Notes: generated from the letters alone by a model not told the origin. Numbered from the stretch's first letter, positions 1 through 9,417 are shown. The stretch: 64,000 nucleotides of DNA from Phycisphaerales bacterium (GCA_027451365.1 DAIDJN010000005.1:1-64000), one strand, 5' to 3'. A program made the numbers and translations.

Positions 1-126
1 ATTCCAGGGGTCGAGGCCATCCTCGCCTTAAGAGCAGCCTGGAAAAGTCAGGATGCCCGCTGGGAACGGCTGTGGGCCAACCGACCCGCCTACGTTATGA
101 CAAAGACAATAAAAAACGCAGCATAA
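1..126 (+). CDS. C-terminal end of a transposase, ISKra4/ISLre2-like (partial, runs off window start)
   Basis: Frame 1 reads IPGVEAILALRAAWKSQDARWERLWANRPAYVMTKTIKNAA* (TAA 124-126). G-x-EAILALR...W..LW resembles ISKra4/ISLre2-type transposase C-termini. Not in ORF track. Confidence 0.7.
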   Translation: MPGVEAILALRAAWKSQDARWERLWANRPAYVMTKTIKNAA

Positions 127-140
127 ACTGTCACAGGCCC
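1..140 (+). mobile_element. Right end of an insertion sequence inserted into the DUF692 gene
   Basis: Transposase stop is followed by ACTGTCACAGGCCC (127-140). DUF692-like coding sequence on the - strand ends abruptly at 141 (...VWKLY). The other IS end is outside the window. Confidence 0.65.
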
Positions 141-851
141 GTAGAGTTTCCACACCGGGTCGAGTACGGGATGATCGTGGGTATCCAGAATATACTTTTC
201 AAATTTGGAGTGGCCAGCAACATGAATCTGGCCCACCCGGTCAGGGGGAATTCCGTTCAGATAATCAACGGGATTAAAATTATGATTCTTTGAGGACACA
301 TAAATATTGTTCACATCCAGAAGAATGCCGCAATCCGCTCGGTCCACCACTTCAGACAGAAACTCCCACTCCGTCATTTCGGATTGATGAAATTCGGCAT
401 AACTGCTCACATTTTCCACGCATATCGGCACCTCCAGAAAATCCCGCGCCTGGCGAATGCGTTGCGCAGTAATCTTCGCGGCGGCAAAGGTGTATGGCAT
501 CGGCAGCAGATCATGGCTGTAAGTTCCATCCACACTGCCCCAGCACAAATGGTCAGACAGAAATGGCGTTTTTGTACGTTTTACCAGTGACTTAAGCCGA
601 CGCAGGTGCTCGCGATTCAGTTTATCCGCAGAGCCAAAATACATTGCCACGCCATGCTGCACCACCTGGTATTGTTCCATTATCTGGTCCAGAATCTGCA
701 ATGGTCGCCCCGCATCAACCATGTAATTTTCTGAAACAATTTCAAACCAGTCCACCGTCGGCTTTTTTGAAAGGATATGCTGATAATGGGGCACCCGAAG
801 ACCAATACCAACCCCCAAATTAGTAAAGCCGTTATGCGGATTCGCAGGCAT
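90..851 (-). pseudogene. DUF692 / MNIO (multinuclear non-heme iron oxidative enzyme, BufB-like), 3'-truncated by IS; native part 141-851
   Basis: Motifs GIGLRVPHY, WFEIVSENYM, QHGV, SDHLCW, HDLLP, ENVSSY, LLDVNNIYV, QIHVAGH, LDTHD. ATG at 851 with GGAG upstream. After VWKLY the frame runs into IS sequence (GPVTVYAAFFIVFVIT*) and lacks the usual TL(L/I)EWD C-terminal segment. Confidence 0.85.
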
Positions 852-863
852 GTATGACTCCAG

Positions 864-906
864 AAAAAAACGGAAAGGGGCCGGGCCATTGGTCGGCCCG
901 CGCCCC
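864..906 (-). terminator. GC-rich hairpin plus U-tract between precursor and maturase genes
   Basis: - strand reads GGGGCGCGGGCCGACCAATGGCCCGGCCCC then TTTCCGTTTTTTT, just upstream of the DUF692 RBS. Confidence 0.6.
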
Positions 907-982
907 TGTGCAACAACCATTCTTCAGATCAACCGAACCCCAACAGGATTGCGGTTCAAAAAACAGGGATTTTGGACTGAAG

Positions 983-1285
983 TTACTGGCCACCGGTGGT
1001 CATCGGATTCTTGGGAATCATCGTGTTGCAGCCGCCTTTACCCTTGCAGGAATTCTTACCCGCGCAGGAATGGGTGGCAGTTTTGCATCCGCCCTGACCT
1101 TTGCACTTGTTCAACCCCTTGCAATGATGAGCGCCCGCAGCCATGGTTGTGAAGCCAGCCGTCGCCTGCATTCCGGCAATACTTAACGAACCGCTGGATG
1201 CGTGTGCCGCGCCAGCCAGCATACCAACGACCGCAATGCCGGCAAGCGTAGCGGTTGTACCCGCAATGTTTTTATTGATTTTCAT
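983..1285 (-). CDS. BufA2-like (bufferin-type) secreted Cys-rich RiPP/metallophore precursor, 100 aa
   Basis: ATG at 1285 (MKINKN...) with AAGGA RBS. Sec signal ending AAHA. Two tandem C-x-G-x-N-x-CKG-x-GGC units (CKGLNKCKGQGGC, CAGKNSCKGKGGC). Directly upstream of DUF692. Confidence 0.85.
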   Translation of the reverse strand: MKINKNIAGTTATLAGIAVVGMLAGAAHASSGSLSIAGMQATAGFTTMAAGAHHCKGLNKCKGQGGCKTATHSCAGKNSCKGKGGCNTMIPKNPMTTGGQ

Positions 1286-1996
1286 TTCAAGTTCCTTAAA
1301 AAGAGTGTGATTCAACAATTTTCCAGATGTTAACATTAACACCCGAATACATATTCATATCCTGGGCGTTCAGCCCCATATTGAGGCCGGTTTCAACCCA
1401 TTTGATCCATTGATTAACGTCATTTGTTCCGGTTCACTCGTCCTTTCCGGTAATTTTGCCCTGACTGCCTTCGGTCATTGACTGCCCGAATCACCGTCGT
1501 CCGGAACAGTTGACGCATCAGCATTTTTTTGCGTTCATACCTTGCGACTCTGGGGGATACCTGAGCAATCGCCTTAAGGCATTCGGCATAGTGTGAAATG
1601 ATCGTCAGCTCATTGTTCACACCACCCAACGCTCCGGGCTGGAATGGCTCGGCATTACCCAGCCGCGCCCGCCTGGATGGTTAGTCGGAGGCTGTAGTCA
1701 GGTCTTACACATATACCCCGAATAATTTTAGGCAGGCCCCTGCCGTTTGACGCATTTACCATTAATGATCACAATACCGGACAGGCTGGAACCGGAAATT
1801 CGATGAAACGGGAAGGGAAGACCGGTTGACCCACTTTTCATTTCAGAAGAAGCGCTGCCATTTTTGAACTGAGCCTTGTCGGACGGGGCGGCCGCCCCCG
1901 ATGCGCTTTTTCCATTGCGTTATCCGCTAAGGCTGGTAACGCATAGAATCCGCACGCGCCCGCAGATGGATCACACCTCGCAAAAGACCGCCCACA

Positions 1997-2018
1997 CCGG
2001 ATATCCATTATAATCCGG
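1997..2018 (+). promoter_or_regulatory. Candidate -10 box (TATAAT 2009-2014) overlapped by inverted repeat CCGGAT-N10-ATCCGG, upstream of the MFS-ars operon
   Basis: Sequence ccggatatccattataatccgg, about 100 nt upstream of the MFS start. No clear -35. Confidence 0.3.
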
Positions 2019-2118
2019 CCAGCCCTGTAAGATTCGCGACCCGTCGGCGACTAATCGCACAGCCAGCCGCGAGTGCGGGCGGTCGAATTACATAATCTAT
2101 GTTCAAAGGATATAGTTA

Positions 2119-3378
2119 ATGCTGCACGGCACAACCGAAAACTCCTTATCTTCCCACATAACTCCCGCACGCGATGTTCGCACGATTATCTTCATCGCTT
2201 TCCTTGGACTATTCCTTTCAGGCTATAACAACTTCATGATCGCCATTGCTCTTATCGAACTTCAGCCGCGCTTCGATCTTGGACCGGTGGCATTGGGAAT
2301 GATTCTGGCCGCGACTTTTATGGGCATGCTCGTCGGCGGGGTTACCCTCGGCCATCTGGCCGACAAAATCGGCCGCCGTCCAGCCATGATCATCAACACT
2401 GCGGCCGTCGCAATTTTTGCCCTTTTGTCCGGTATAGTCACCAACCCGATCGAACTGATTGTCATGCGTCTGCTGATAGGCATTGGCATTGGCGCTGGAT
2501 ATCCCATTGGGTCTTCCTTTGTGGCCGATGTCAGCACCGCCAGCGCACGCGGCCGAAATATGACCTTGGCGTTTTGCGGCTGGGGATTTGGCGCCTTGGG
2601 GTGCGGCCTGACGGGGTGGCTGCTGTTAACCATTTGCCCGCCTGTAGTCGGTTGGCGATACATGCTCGCATCGGGGGCGGTTCCGGCACTGGTGGCACTT
2701 GTGGTAATTACAATCCGAAAACTGCCGGAATCCCATTCCTGGAAACATTGCCGCACACTCGAAGCACTTCCATTCCGTGCCCTGTTTCGACCGGGGATCG
2801 GACGCTTAACACTGGCCGCTTTGCTTCCATGGTTTCTGATGGATTTGCCGGTTTACGGCATCGGGCTGCTAATGCCCACTTTGCTTAAGGAACTTCATGT
2901 TGGTGGCTCAAACATTGTGGTATTGAGCACCTGTATATTGTCGCTGTTTACGCTTGTTGGCTTTTTTTTCGCGTACCTTACTATTGACCGCACGGGCCGA
3001 AGGCCGCTTCAGATCATTGGTTTTCTGGGCATGGCGGTTCTTTTTGGCATTTTAGCGATGGAAGGAACCGGCATCCATCTATTTCTGCTGCTGGCATTGT
3101 TCGCGGGAATTCAGGTGTTTGTGAATGCCGGCCCCAACACCACAACATGGATTGTCGCCGCCGAGGTTTTTCCGACCCGTTTGCGAGCCAGAGGCCAAGG
3201 CAGCGCTACCGCGTTTTCCCGAATTGGTGCCGCTTCCGGCGCCTTTTTTCTGCCTGTTATAAATGCCAGGGCGGGCCTGAGCACCGCATTTACGCTGGTT
3301 GCCATTGCCAGCGTTCTTGCGGCTATAATTACTTTGATCTATTTGCCGGAAACGGCACGGCAGGAATTGCCGCATTAA
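2119..3378 (+). CDS. MFS transporter, sugar-porter/Pho84-PHT1-like
   Basis: About 12 hydrophobic segments, motif A (GHLADKIGRR), LIGIGIGAGYP, and NAGPNTTTWIVAAEVFPTRLR resembling Pho84/PHT1 phosphate:H+ symporters. Ends with LPET. Confidence 0.85.
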   Translation: MLHGTTENSLSSHITPARDVRTIIFIAFLGLFLSGYNNFMIAIALIELQPRFDLGPVALGMILAATFMGMLVGGVTLGHLADKIGRRPAMIINTAAVAIFALLSGIVTNPIELIVMRLLIGIGIGAGYPIGSSFVADVSTASARGRNMTLAFCGWGFGALGCGLTGWLLLTICPPVVGWRYMLASGAVPALVALVVITIRKLPESHSWKHCRTLEALPFRALFRPGIGRLTLAALLPWFLMDLPVYGIGLLMPTLLKELHVGGSNIVVLSTCILSLFTLVGFFFAYLTIDRTGRRPLQIIGFLGMAVLFGILAMEGTGIHLFLLLALFAGIQVFVNAGPNTTTWIVAAEVFPTRLRARGQGSATAFSRIGAASGAFFLPVINARAGLSTAFTLVAIASVLAAIITLIYLPETARQELPH

Positions 3379-3398
3379 TTGCAATAAAGGAGCGCATT

Positions 3399-4565
3399 AT
3401 GGCAGATGCCGTCAGCAGTGTGGTTGATTCCGTCCGCAATACCTATTCGGATGCGGCGCGGCAGCGACAGGAAAACCTCTGCTGCCCGGTTGTCTACGAT
3501 CCGAAATACCTGAAGGTCATTCCCAAGGAAGTCCTGGAACGGGATTATGGCTGCGGCGATCCTTCACAATTTCTACGCAACGGTGATACGGTGCTGGATC
3601 TTGGCTCCGGCGGTGGAAAAATCTGCTTTATCGCGGCCCAGGTCGTTGGACCTGCCGGCCGTGTGATTGGCGTGGACATGACCGATGACATGCTGGAACT
3701 CGCTCGCCGCAGCAAAACTGTTGTCGCACAGGAAATCGGTTACGACAACGTCGATTTTCGCAAAGGGATGATTCAGGACCTGCGGCTTGATCTGGCGGAT
3801 ACCGAAACATTCCTGGCCGCCCATCCAATTGCGACCTTGACGGATCTGCACCGGTTTGAAGCGCACCAGCAGCGGCAGCGCCACCAGCGGCCACTGGTGG
3901 CCGATGAATCTGTCGATGTAATTGTATCCAACTGTGTGCTGAATCTGGTTGCGCCAACAGAAAAAGCGCGGATGTTTACGGAAATGTTCCGAGTTTTGCG
4001 TACCGGCGGCCGCGTTGCGATAAGCGATATTGTAAGCGACGAAGATGTCCCTGCCGATATGCGCGGCGATCCGGATCTGTGGTCCGGCTGCGTCAGTGGA
4101 GCCTTGCGCGAGGATGAATTTCTGGAAGCTTTTGAACGCGCCGGCTTTTTTGGAATTCACCTGGCCAAACGGGATTCGACCCCCTGGCGAACCGTGCGAG
4201 GCATTGAATTCCGCAGTGTGACCGTAACCGCCCACAAGGGGAAACAAGGCCCCTGCCTGGAGAAAAATCAGGCGGTTATTTATGCCGGCCCGTGGAAACA
4301 GGTAGTGGATGATGATGGTCATATTCTGCTGCGCGGCAAACGTATGGCCGTATGTGATAAAACGTTTCGCATCATGACCAGTCCGCAGGGGCCTTACGCC
4401 CAAGATATTTGCGGCATTGAACCGGTGACCGAAGTCCCGGCAGACCAAATTAAACCTTTTGCCTGCAAGGGCATCAGCCTGCGCGACGTCCGGCAGACCA
4501 AGGGGCACGACTACACGGCCAGCTCCCAGGCCGTCGCATCTTGTACCACCGACGGGTGCTGTTGA
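3399..4565 (+). CDS. arsM: Arsenite S-adenosylmethionine methyltransferase (ArsM family)
   Basis: ATG 3399 after AAGGAG. Cys motifs [28 protein letters not shown] motif [19 protein letters not shown]-terminal GCC. Followed by arsS. Confidence 0.85.
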   Translation: MADAVSSVVDSVRNTYSDAARQRQENLCCPVVYDPKYLKVIPKEVLERDYGCGDPSQFLRNGDTVLDLGSGGGKICFIAAQVVGPAGRVIGVDMTDDMLELARRSKTVVAQEIGYDNVDFRKGMIQDLRLDLADTETFLAAHPIATLTDLHRFEAHQQRQRHQRPLVADESVDVIVSNCVLNLVAPTEKARMFTEMFRVLRTGGRVAISDIVSDEDVPADMRGDPDLWSGCVSGALREDEFLEAFERAGFFGIHLAKRDSTPWRTVRGIEFRSVTVTAHKGKQGPCLEKNQAVIYAGPWKQVVDDDGHILLRGKRMAVCDKTFRIMTSPQGPYAQDICGIEPVTEVPADQIKPFACKGISLRDVRQTKGHDYTASSQAVASCTTDGCC

Positions 4566-4620
4566 AAGACAATTGTTATTCCATTCTTACCTGTTATATG
4601 GCCGCCCACCAAGGAACTTC

Positions 4621-5664
4621 ATGATGAACCTGCAAATCTTAAACGCACCGTTGGAAAACCGTTTTGACCAGCGTCTGGCCGCGTCCGGTCAACAGGAGTT
4701 CTCCGGGCAAAGCCTGGGCACTGTACAGGTAAACATTGGTCTGAAGTGCAATTTGGCCTGTCACCACTGCCATGTCGAATCTTCCCCCAAACGCACCGAA
4801 GAAATGAGCTGGGAAACCATGGAATGGGTCCTGGCGGCGGCCCGGCGAGCCAAAGCCCGCACACTGGATATCACCGGCGGTGCCCCCGAAATGAATCCAC
4901 AATTCCGCCGTTTGGTTATCGCCGCCCGCCAACAGGGGCTGGAGGTCATGGTGCGCACCAATTTAACGATTATGCTTGAAGAGGGTTTTACCGATCTGCC
5001 GGAATTCTATGCGGCCCATGGCGTGCATCTGATCGCTTCATTGCCGTGCTATCTGGAAACCAATGTGGACCGCCAACGCGGCAAGCATGTCTACCAGGAA
5101 AGTATTGATGTGATTCTGAAGCTTAATGCTAAAGGCTACGGCATTAACCCGCATTTGCCGCTGGACCTGGTTTATAACCCCGGCGGCCCATCGCTCCCGC
5201 CGGATCAGGCTCGGCTGGAAACCGCCTATCGCGGGGAATTGTCCAAGCGTTTCGGCATTCAGTTCACGAAGCTATATACCATCACCAATCTGCCACTGGG
5301 CCGGTTCCTGCACGATCTTCAAAGACAGGGTTATGCGGAGAAATACCAAGTGCTTCTGGAAAACGCCTTTAACCCGGACACACTGGACGCATTGATGTGC
5401 CGCCATCAACTGCATGTCGGCTGGGATGGAAGTCTTTATGATTGTGATTTTAATTATGCCCTGAAGCTGCCAGCGCAAGGCCGGCCCCACATCCGCGATT
5501 TTGACCCCGCCACATTTCTTGCGCGGCGGATAGCCACCGGCGATCACTGTTTCGGCTGCACGGCGGGCTGCGGGTCTTCCTGCGGCGGAAGCCTGGTGGA
5601 AAATTCCGCCGCCGGTTCCGGCATTGATTTACAAAACAACTGTAAGACCGGGGCCTCCGCATAG
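4621..5664 (+). CDS. arsS: Arsenosugar biosynthesis radical SAM protein ArsS (DUF3641 C-terminus)
   Basis: QVNIGLKCNLACHHCHV (CxxxCxxC), LDITGGAPEMNP, ASLPCY, LDLVYNP, LMCR, YDCDFN, HCFGCTAGCGSSCGG. ATG 4621 after AAGGA. Confidence 0.9.
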   Translation: MMNLQILNAPLENRFDQRLAASGQQEFSGQSLGTVQVNIGLKCNLACHHCHVESSPKRTEEMSWETMEWVLAAARRAKARTLDITGGAPEMNPQFRRLVIAARQQGLEVMVRTNLTIMLEEGFTDLPEFYAAHGVHLIASLPCYLETNVDRQRGKHVYQESIDVILKLNAKGYGINPHLPLDLVYNPGGPSLPPDQARLETAYRGELSKRFGIQFTKLYTITNLPLGRFLHDLQRQGYAEKYQVLLENAFNPDTLDALMCRHQLHVGWDGSLYDCDFNYALKLPAQGRPHIRDFDPATFLARRIATGDHCFGCTAGCGSSCGGSLVENSAAGSGIDLQNNCKTGASA

Positions 5665-5712
5665 ACTAATCGGGAGTGACGTGCGGAAGGAAAGTGTTGT
5701 TTCCGCGCACAA

Positions 5713-7350
5713 ATGAACTCGTTTGGAAATGCGGCAATGTCAACATCGAAAAAAGCATCGGGCGTAGCCCAAATCGTTCAAGTTCTTGCAATGCTGGGCA
5801 TTATCGCGGCTCTGGTTATTATTTCCCGGATCCTGCCTGTGGGGCAGGGGATCGCACATCTGCATGGCTGGCTGAATCACCTTGGACTGGTCGGTATTGG
5901 TGCCTACATCCTGATTTACATCGTCGCCACAGTTTTACTGGTTCCCGGTGCGGCCATCACGCTTCTGGCCGGCGTGTTGTATGGCCCGCTCTGGGGTACA
6001 CTGATTGTCTCCATCGGGGCCACACTTGGCGCGTCGGCCGCCTTTTTGCTGGGCCGTTTCGCATTCCGTGAAGGCGTGGAACGGGCGACCGGGAAAAATC
6101 CGAAATTCAAGGCAATTGACGCGGCCATTGGTACCAACGGCTGGAAAATTGTTGCGTTATTGCGGCTTTCGCCGGTGGTGCCATTTAACCTAAGCAACTA
6201 CTTTTTCGGCTTAACCGGCATCGGCTTTGGACCTTATGTGCTGGCAAGCTGGATATGTATGTTGCCGGGCACACTTCTTTATGTTTACCTGGGCTATGCC
6301 GCCAGTCAGGCCGCGGGCGGCGGAGGGCAGTCCGTCGGCTGGCTGCATTGGACGCTGGTCTGCGTCGGACTGGCGATCATCCTGCTGGTTACCATTTATA
6401 TCACCCGTCTGGCCAAACGCGCGTTGGTCAATGCATCTGGAGTTGCTGAAATGCCGCAAACAGATCAGTCCGCACAACCCGTCATAACCGGCTGGACAAA
6501 GCGCACCACGGTACTGGCGGCAATTGCGGTCCTGATGCTTAGCGTTGCCGCCTGCACCTGGATCAAACGGTCCGCACTAGTCGGCCTGTTCGGCCCGCCA
6601 CCGGTGAAACTCGTTAATAAATTCCACAACAGACCGGGCGGTCCGGTGTTCAGCAATCAGGAATTTAACACAGTGGTTTCCACGTACGTGCACCCCGGCG
6701 GATGGGTCAATTATGTTGGCCTGGCTGCGCATCCGCAAAAACTGAATGCCTATATCGCCTCCCTGGCCAACGCACCTTTTGCGCAACTTGGTCGCAATCA
6801 AAAGCTGGCCCTGCTGATTAACGCATACAACGCCTGCACCCTGCGGCTGATTCTGGATTATTATCCGAGCATCAAATCCATCATGGACATACCATCCGAT
6901 CAGCGCTGGGCGGCGATGCGATGGAACATCGGTGGAAAACGATATAGCTTGGAAAGCGTGGAACTTATGCTGCGTACGGATTTCGCCGATCCGCGCATTC
7001 ACTTTGCCATTGTGTGCGCTTCCATCGGCTGCCCTCCGCTTCTCAATGAAGCCTACGAAGGCAACACAGTTGAAGCACAACTGCAAAGCCAGGCGGAATA
7101 TGTCAACAACAATGCCCGCTGGTTGCGTTTCAGCAAATCGGGCAAAACCGTTCATCTGACGAAACTTTACGACTGGTACGGCGGAGATTTCACCCAGGCG
7201 GCAGGATCCGTGCTTAAATTCGCGGCACGCTACAATAAACAGCTTGCCGCAGACATTGCCGCGGATAAACCGCCCCAAATTGTATTTAAATCTTACAACT
7301 GGAATTTGAACAGCATACAAAATGAACCTGCATCTGGAATACAACGATGA
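5713..7350 (+). CDS. TVP38/TMEM64 (DedA superfamily) membrane domain fused to DUF547 domain
   Basis: N-half has LLVPGAAITLLAGVLYG and LLRLSPVVPFNLSNY. C-half has VNYVGL, LINAYNA, DPRIHFAIVCASIGCPPL, LYDWYGGDF, YNWNLN. Start may be 5737. Confidence 0.85.
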   Translation: MNSFGNAAMSTSKKASGVAQIVQVLAMLGIIAALVIISRILPVGQGIAHLHGWLNHLGLVGIGAYILIYIVATVLLVPGAAITLLAGVLYGPLWGTLIVSIGATLGASAAFLLGRFAFREGVERATGKNPKFKAIDAAIGTNGWKIVALLRLSPVVPFNLSNYFFGLTGIGFGPYVLASWICMLPGTLLYVYLGYAASQAAGGGGQSVGWLHWTLVCVGLAIILLVTIYITRLAKRALVNASGVAEMPQTDQSAQPVITGWTKRTTVLAAIAVLMLSVAACTWIKRSALVGLFGPPPVKLVNKFHNRPGGPVFSNQEFNTVVSTYVHPGGWVNYVGLAAHPQKLNAYIASLANAPFAQLGRNQKLALLINAYNACTLRLILDYYPSIKSIMDIPSDQRWAAMRWNIGGKRYSLESVELMLRTDFADPRIHFAIVCASIGCPPLLNEAYEGNTVEAQLQSQAEYVNNNARWLRFSKSGKTVHLTKLYDWYGGDFTQAAGSVLKFAARYNKQLAADIAADKPPQIVFKSYNWNLNSIQNEPASGIQR

Positions 7351-8891
7351 CCGATTTCCCGTCACTGAACCTTCCCGCCCTTCAGCCGCTGGATTCATAC
7401 AATCAGGCTTTGGCCGCCCATGTGCATCCGGCGGATTGGGTGAATCCAAACCCCCGGCCGCAATACGATCTGGTGGTCATCGGCGGAGGCACCGCCGGTC
7501 TTGTGACGGCCGCCGGTGCGGCGGGTCTCGGAGCGAGCGTGGCGCTGATCGAACGGGAGTTACTCGGTGGCGACTGCCTGAATGTCGGATGCGTGCCGTC
7601 CAAGGCTTTGATCCGTTCGGCTGCGGCCTGTGCGGATATCCGTTCTGTCGCGGAATTTGGGGTAAAATTAAGCGGCGATCCAATCACTGATTTTCCCGCC
7701 GTCATGCAACGGCTTCGCCGTCTGCGATCCGGCATCAGCGAACATGATTCGGCCGCCAGATTCCGTTCGCTTGGCGTGGATGTATTCATCGGTTCGGGCC
7801 GCTTCACCGGACGCCAGACCATCGAAGTCAATTCCAGCAGTCTGCGATTCAGGCGAGCGGTAATCGCCAGCGGTGCCCGCGCGGCGGTGCCCCAAATACC
7901 GGGTCTGGAGGCCACCGGATTTCTCACCAACGAAACCATCTTTTCCCTGACACATCTGCCACCGCGACTGGCGGTCATCGGAACCGGCCCCATCGGCTGC
8001 GAGCTTTCCCAGGCGTTTGCCCGCCTGGGATCAAAAGTGCAACTGCTGGGGGGCGGCCATCTGTTTCTGGCCGCCGAAGATCGCCAAGCCGCCGACCGTG
8101 TGGAAGCTGCACTGGTTAATGATGGCGTGGAGATTATTTCCGATCAGTCCATTCTGCGAATCGCGCCCACCGCGGACAACCGAAAAGTGATTTATTTTTC
8201 AGGTCCGGGCAGTGTATCAAGCATCACCGTGGACACCATTCTGGTGGCCACAGGGCGCACACCCAATTGCCAAGGGCTTAATCTGGAGGCAGCGGGAGTG
8301 GCCTGGGAGTCGCGCCAAGGCGTACTGGTGGATGATTTTCTCCGCACCAAAAACAAAATGATATACGCCGCTGGAGATGTCTGTTCCGCCTTCAAATTTA
8401 CCCATGCCGCGGACGCCATGGCCCGTATTGTTTTGCGCAATGCCCTTTTCTTTGGACGCGACCGGGTAAGCAATCTTATAATTCCGCACTGCACCTATAC
8501 CGATCCGGAAGTCGCCGGCGTCGGACGGTCCGAGTCGCAGCTAAAAAAAGCCGGAATCCGCTTCAAGACCATTCGGGTGGACATGAAATCAATGGACCGC
8601 GCGATTCTGGAAGGGCAGACCGACGGCTTTTTAGAAGTACATCTGGCTGCAGGCAAGGACCATATCCTTGGGGCCACACTCGTCGCCCGGCACGCCGGCG
8701 AAATGATATCCGAGTTGGCCCTGGCTATGACCGCGGGACTGGGCCTTTCAGCCATTGCCAAAACCATTCACCCCTATCCCACGCAGTCGGAAATATTCAA
8801 ACGGGCTGGCGACGCCCTCAGCCGCACGCGTCTAACCCCGCGAACCGCCAGAATACTCCAGGCACTGATCAAAATCCGCCGCTGGATGTAA
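7347..8891 (+). CDS. MerA-like pyridine nucleotide-disulfide oxidoreductase (no HMA domain, no C-terminal Cys-Cys)
   Basis: VIGGGTAG, GGDCLNVGCVPSKAL redox disulfide, GTGPIGCE, YAAGDV, HPYPT. ATGA overlap with the upstream gene. Confidence 0.85.
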   Translation: MTDFPSLNLPALQPLDSYNQALAAHVHPADWVNPNPRPQYDLVVIGGGTAGLVTAAGAAGLGASVALIERELLGGDCLNVGCVPSKALIRSAAACADIRSVAEFGVKLSGDPITDFPAVMQRLRRLRSGISEHDSAARFRSLGVDVFIGSGRFTGRQTIEVNSSSLRFRRAVIASGARAAVPQIPGLEATGFLTNETIFSLTHLPPRLAVIGTGPIGCELSQAFARLGSKVQLLGGGHLFLAAEDRQAADRVEAALVNDGVEIISDQSILRIAPTADNRKVIYFSGPGSVSSITVDTILVATGRTPNCQGLNLEAAGVAWESRQGVLVDDFLRTKNKMIYAAGDVCSAFKFTHAADAMARIVLRNALFFGRDRVSNLIIPHCTYTDPEVAGVGRSESQLKKAGIRFKTIRVDMKSMDRAILEGQTDGFLEVHLAAGKDHILGATLVARHAGEMISELALAMTAGLGLSAIAKTIHPYPTQSEIFKRAGDALSRTRLTPRTARILQALIKIRRWM

Positions 8892-9417
8892 AGCGTTATT
8901 TTTACATGTATGCGCAACGCCTTCATCAATGCGACCGTTATCAGGGAACGACCTGCGGCTTTTGCGGTTTATCCCGACATATCGTGACAGGTCAGTACGC
9001 CAAATAGGTGCAGGTCTGGAGACCTACACTACAATTCTACAATCCGAAAAACGTTCCACGATTGTTCGCGCAGAGTACAAGTTGGCGGCCGTCACATTCA
9101 GCGAAAGATCGACCGCGCAAAAAGCGCCAGTGCAATGACCAGGCAAATCGGCCCCCACCAGTGCATCGGAATAAAAAAGAGGCTGTGGTGCCGGCGATTA
9201 ATTGTAAATTCCTCGCCGGTCTGTTTGTCGATGACCGTCTGATTGGACCTGCGCGCAAGCATATTACCCAGAAACCAGCAAATCGCCGCAGAGCATAGCA
9301 GGGAAATGGCGAATGGCCATTTATGGTGATCATAATATCCCGGTCCCCAAAGCGCATTGAACAGCAGATTAAATAATAAGGAAGACCCAAAAATAATAAC
9401 TGCCACAAGAAAACCTA

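Noticed and set aside
1420..1629. 69-aa ORF upstream of the bufferin-like precursor
   Set aside because: TTG start with no recognisable family motif; cannot be supported as a gene.
3147..3398. N-terminal extensions given by the ORF track (arsM; likewise arsS, DUF692, RidA, priA, asnB, PEP-CTERM)
   Set aside because: They overlap neighbouring genes or precede the better-supported downstream ATG (RBS or family start motif).
3573..4508. Long antisense ORFs (also 6577-7449, 22381-23358, 24067-24876, 31900-32790, 61003-61809)
   Set aside because: Shadow frames opposite better-supported genes in GC-rich DNA, without family motifs.
4621..5664. Selenocysteine recoding in ArsS (some family members are selenoproteins)
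   Set aside because: The ORF has no in-frame TGA; the C-terminal motif GSSCGG uses Cys.
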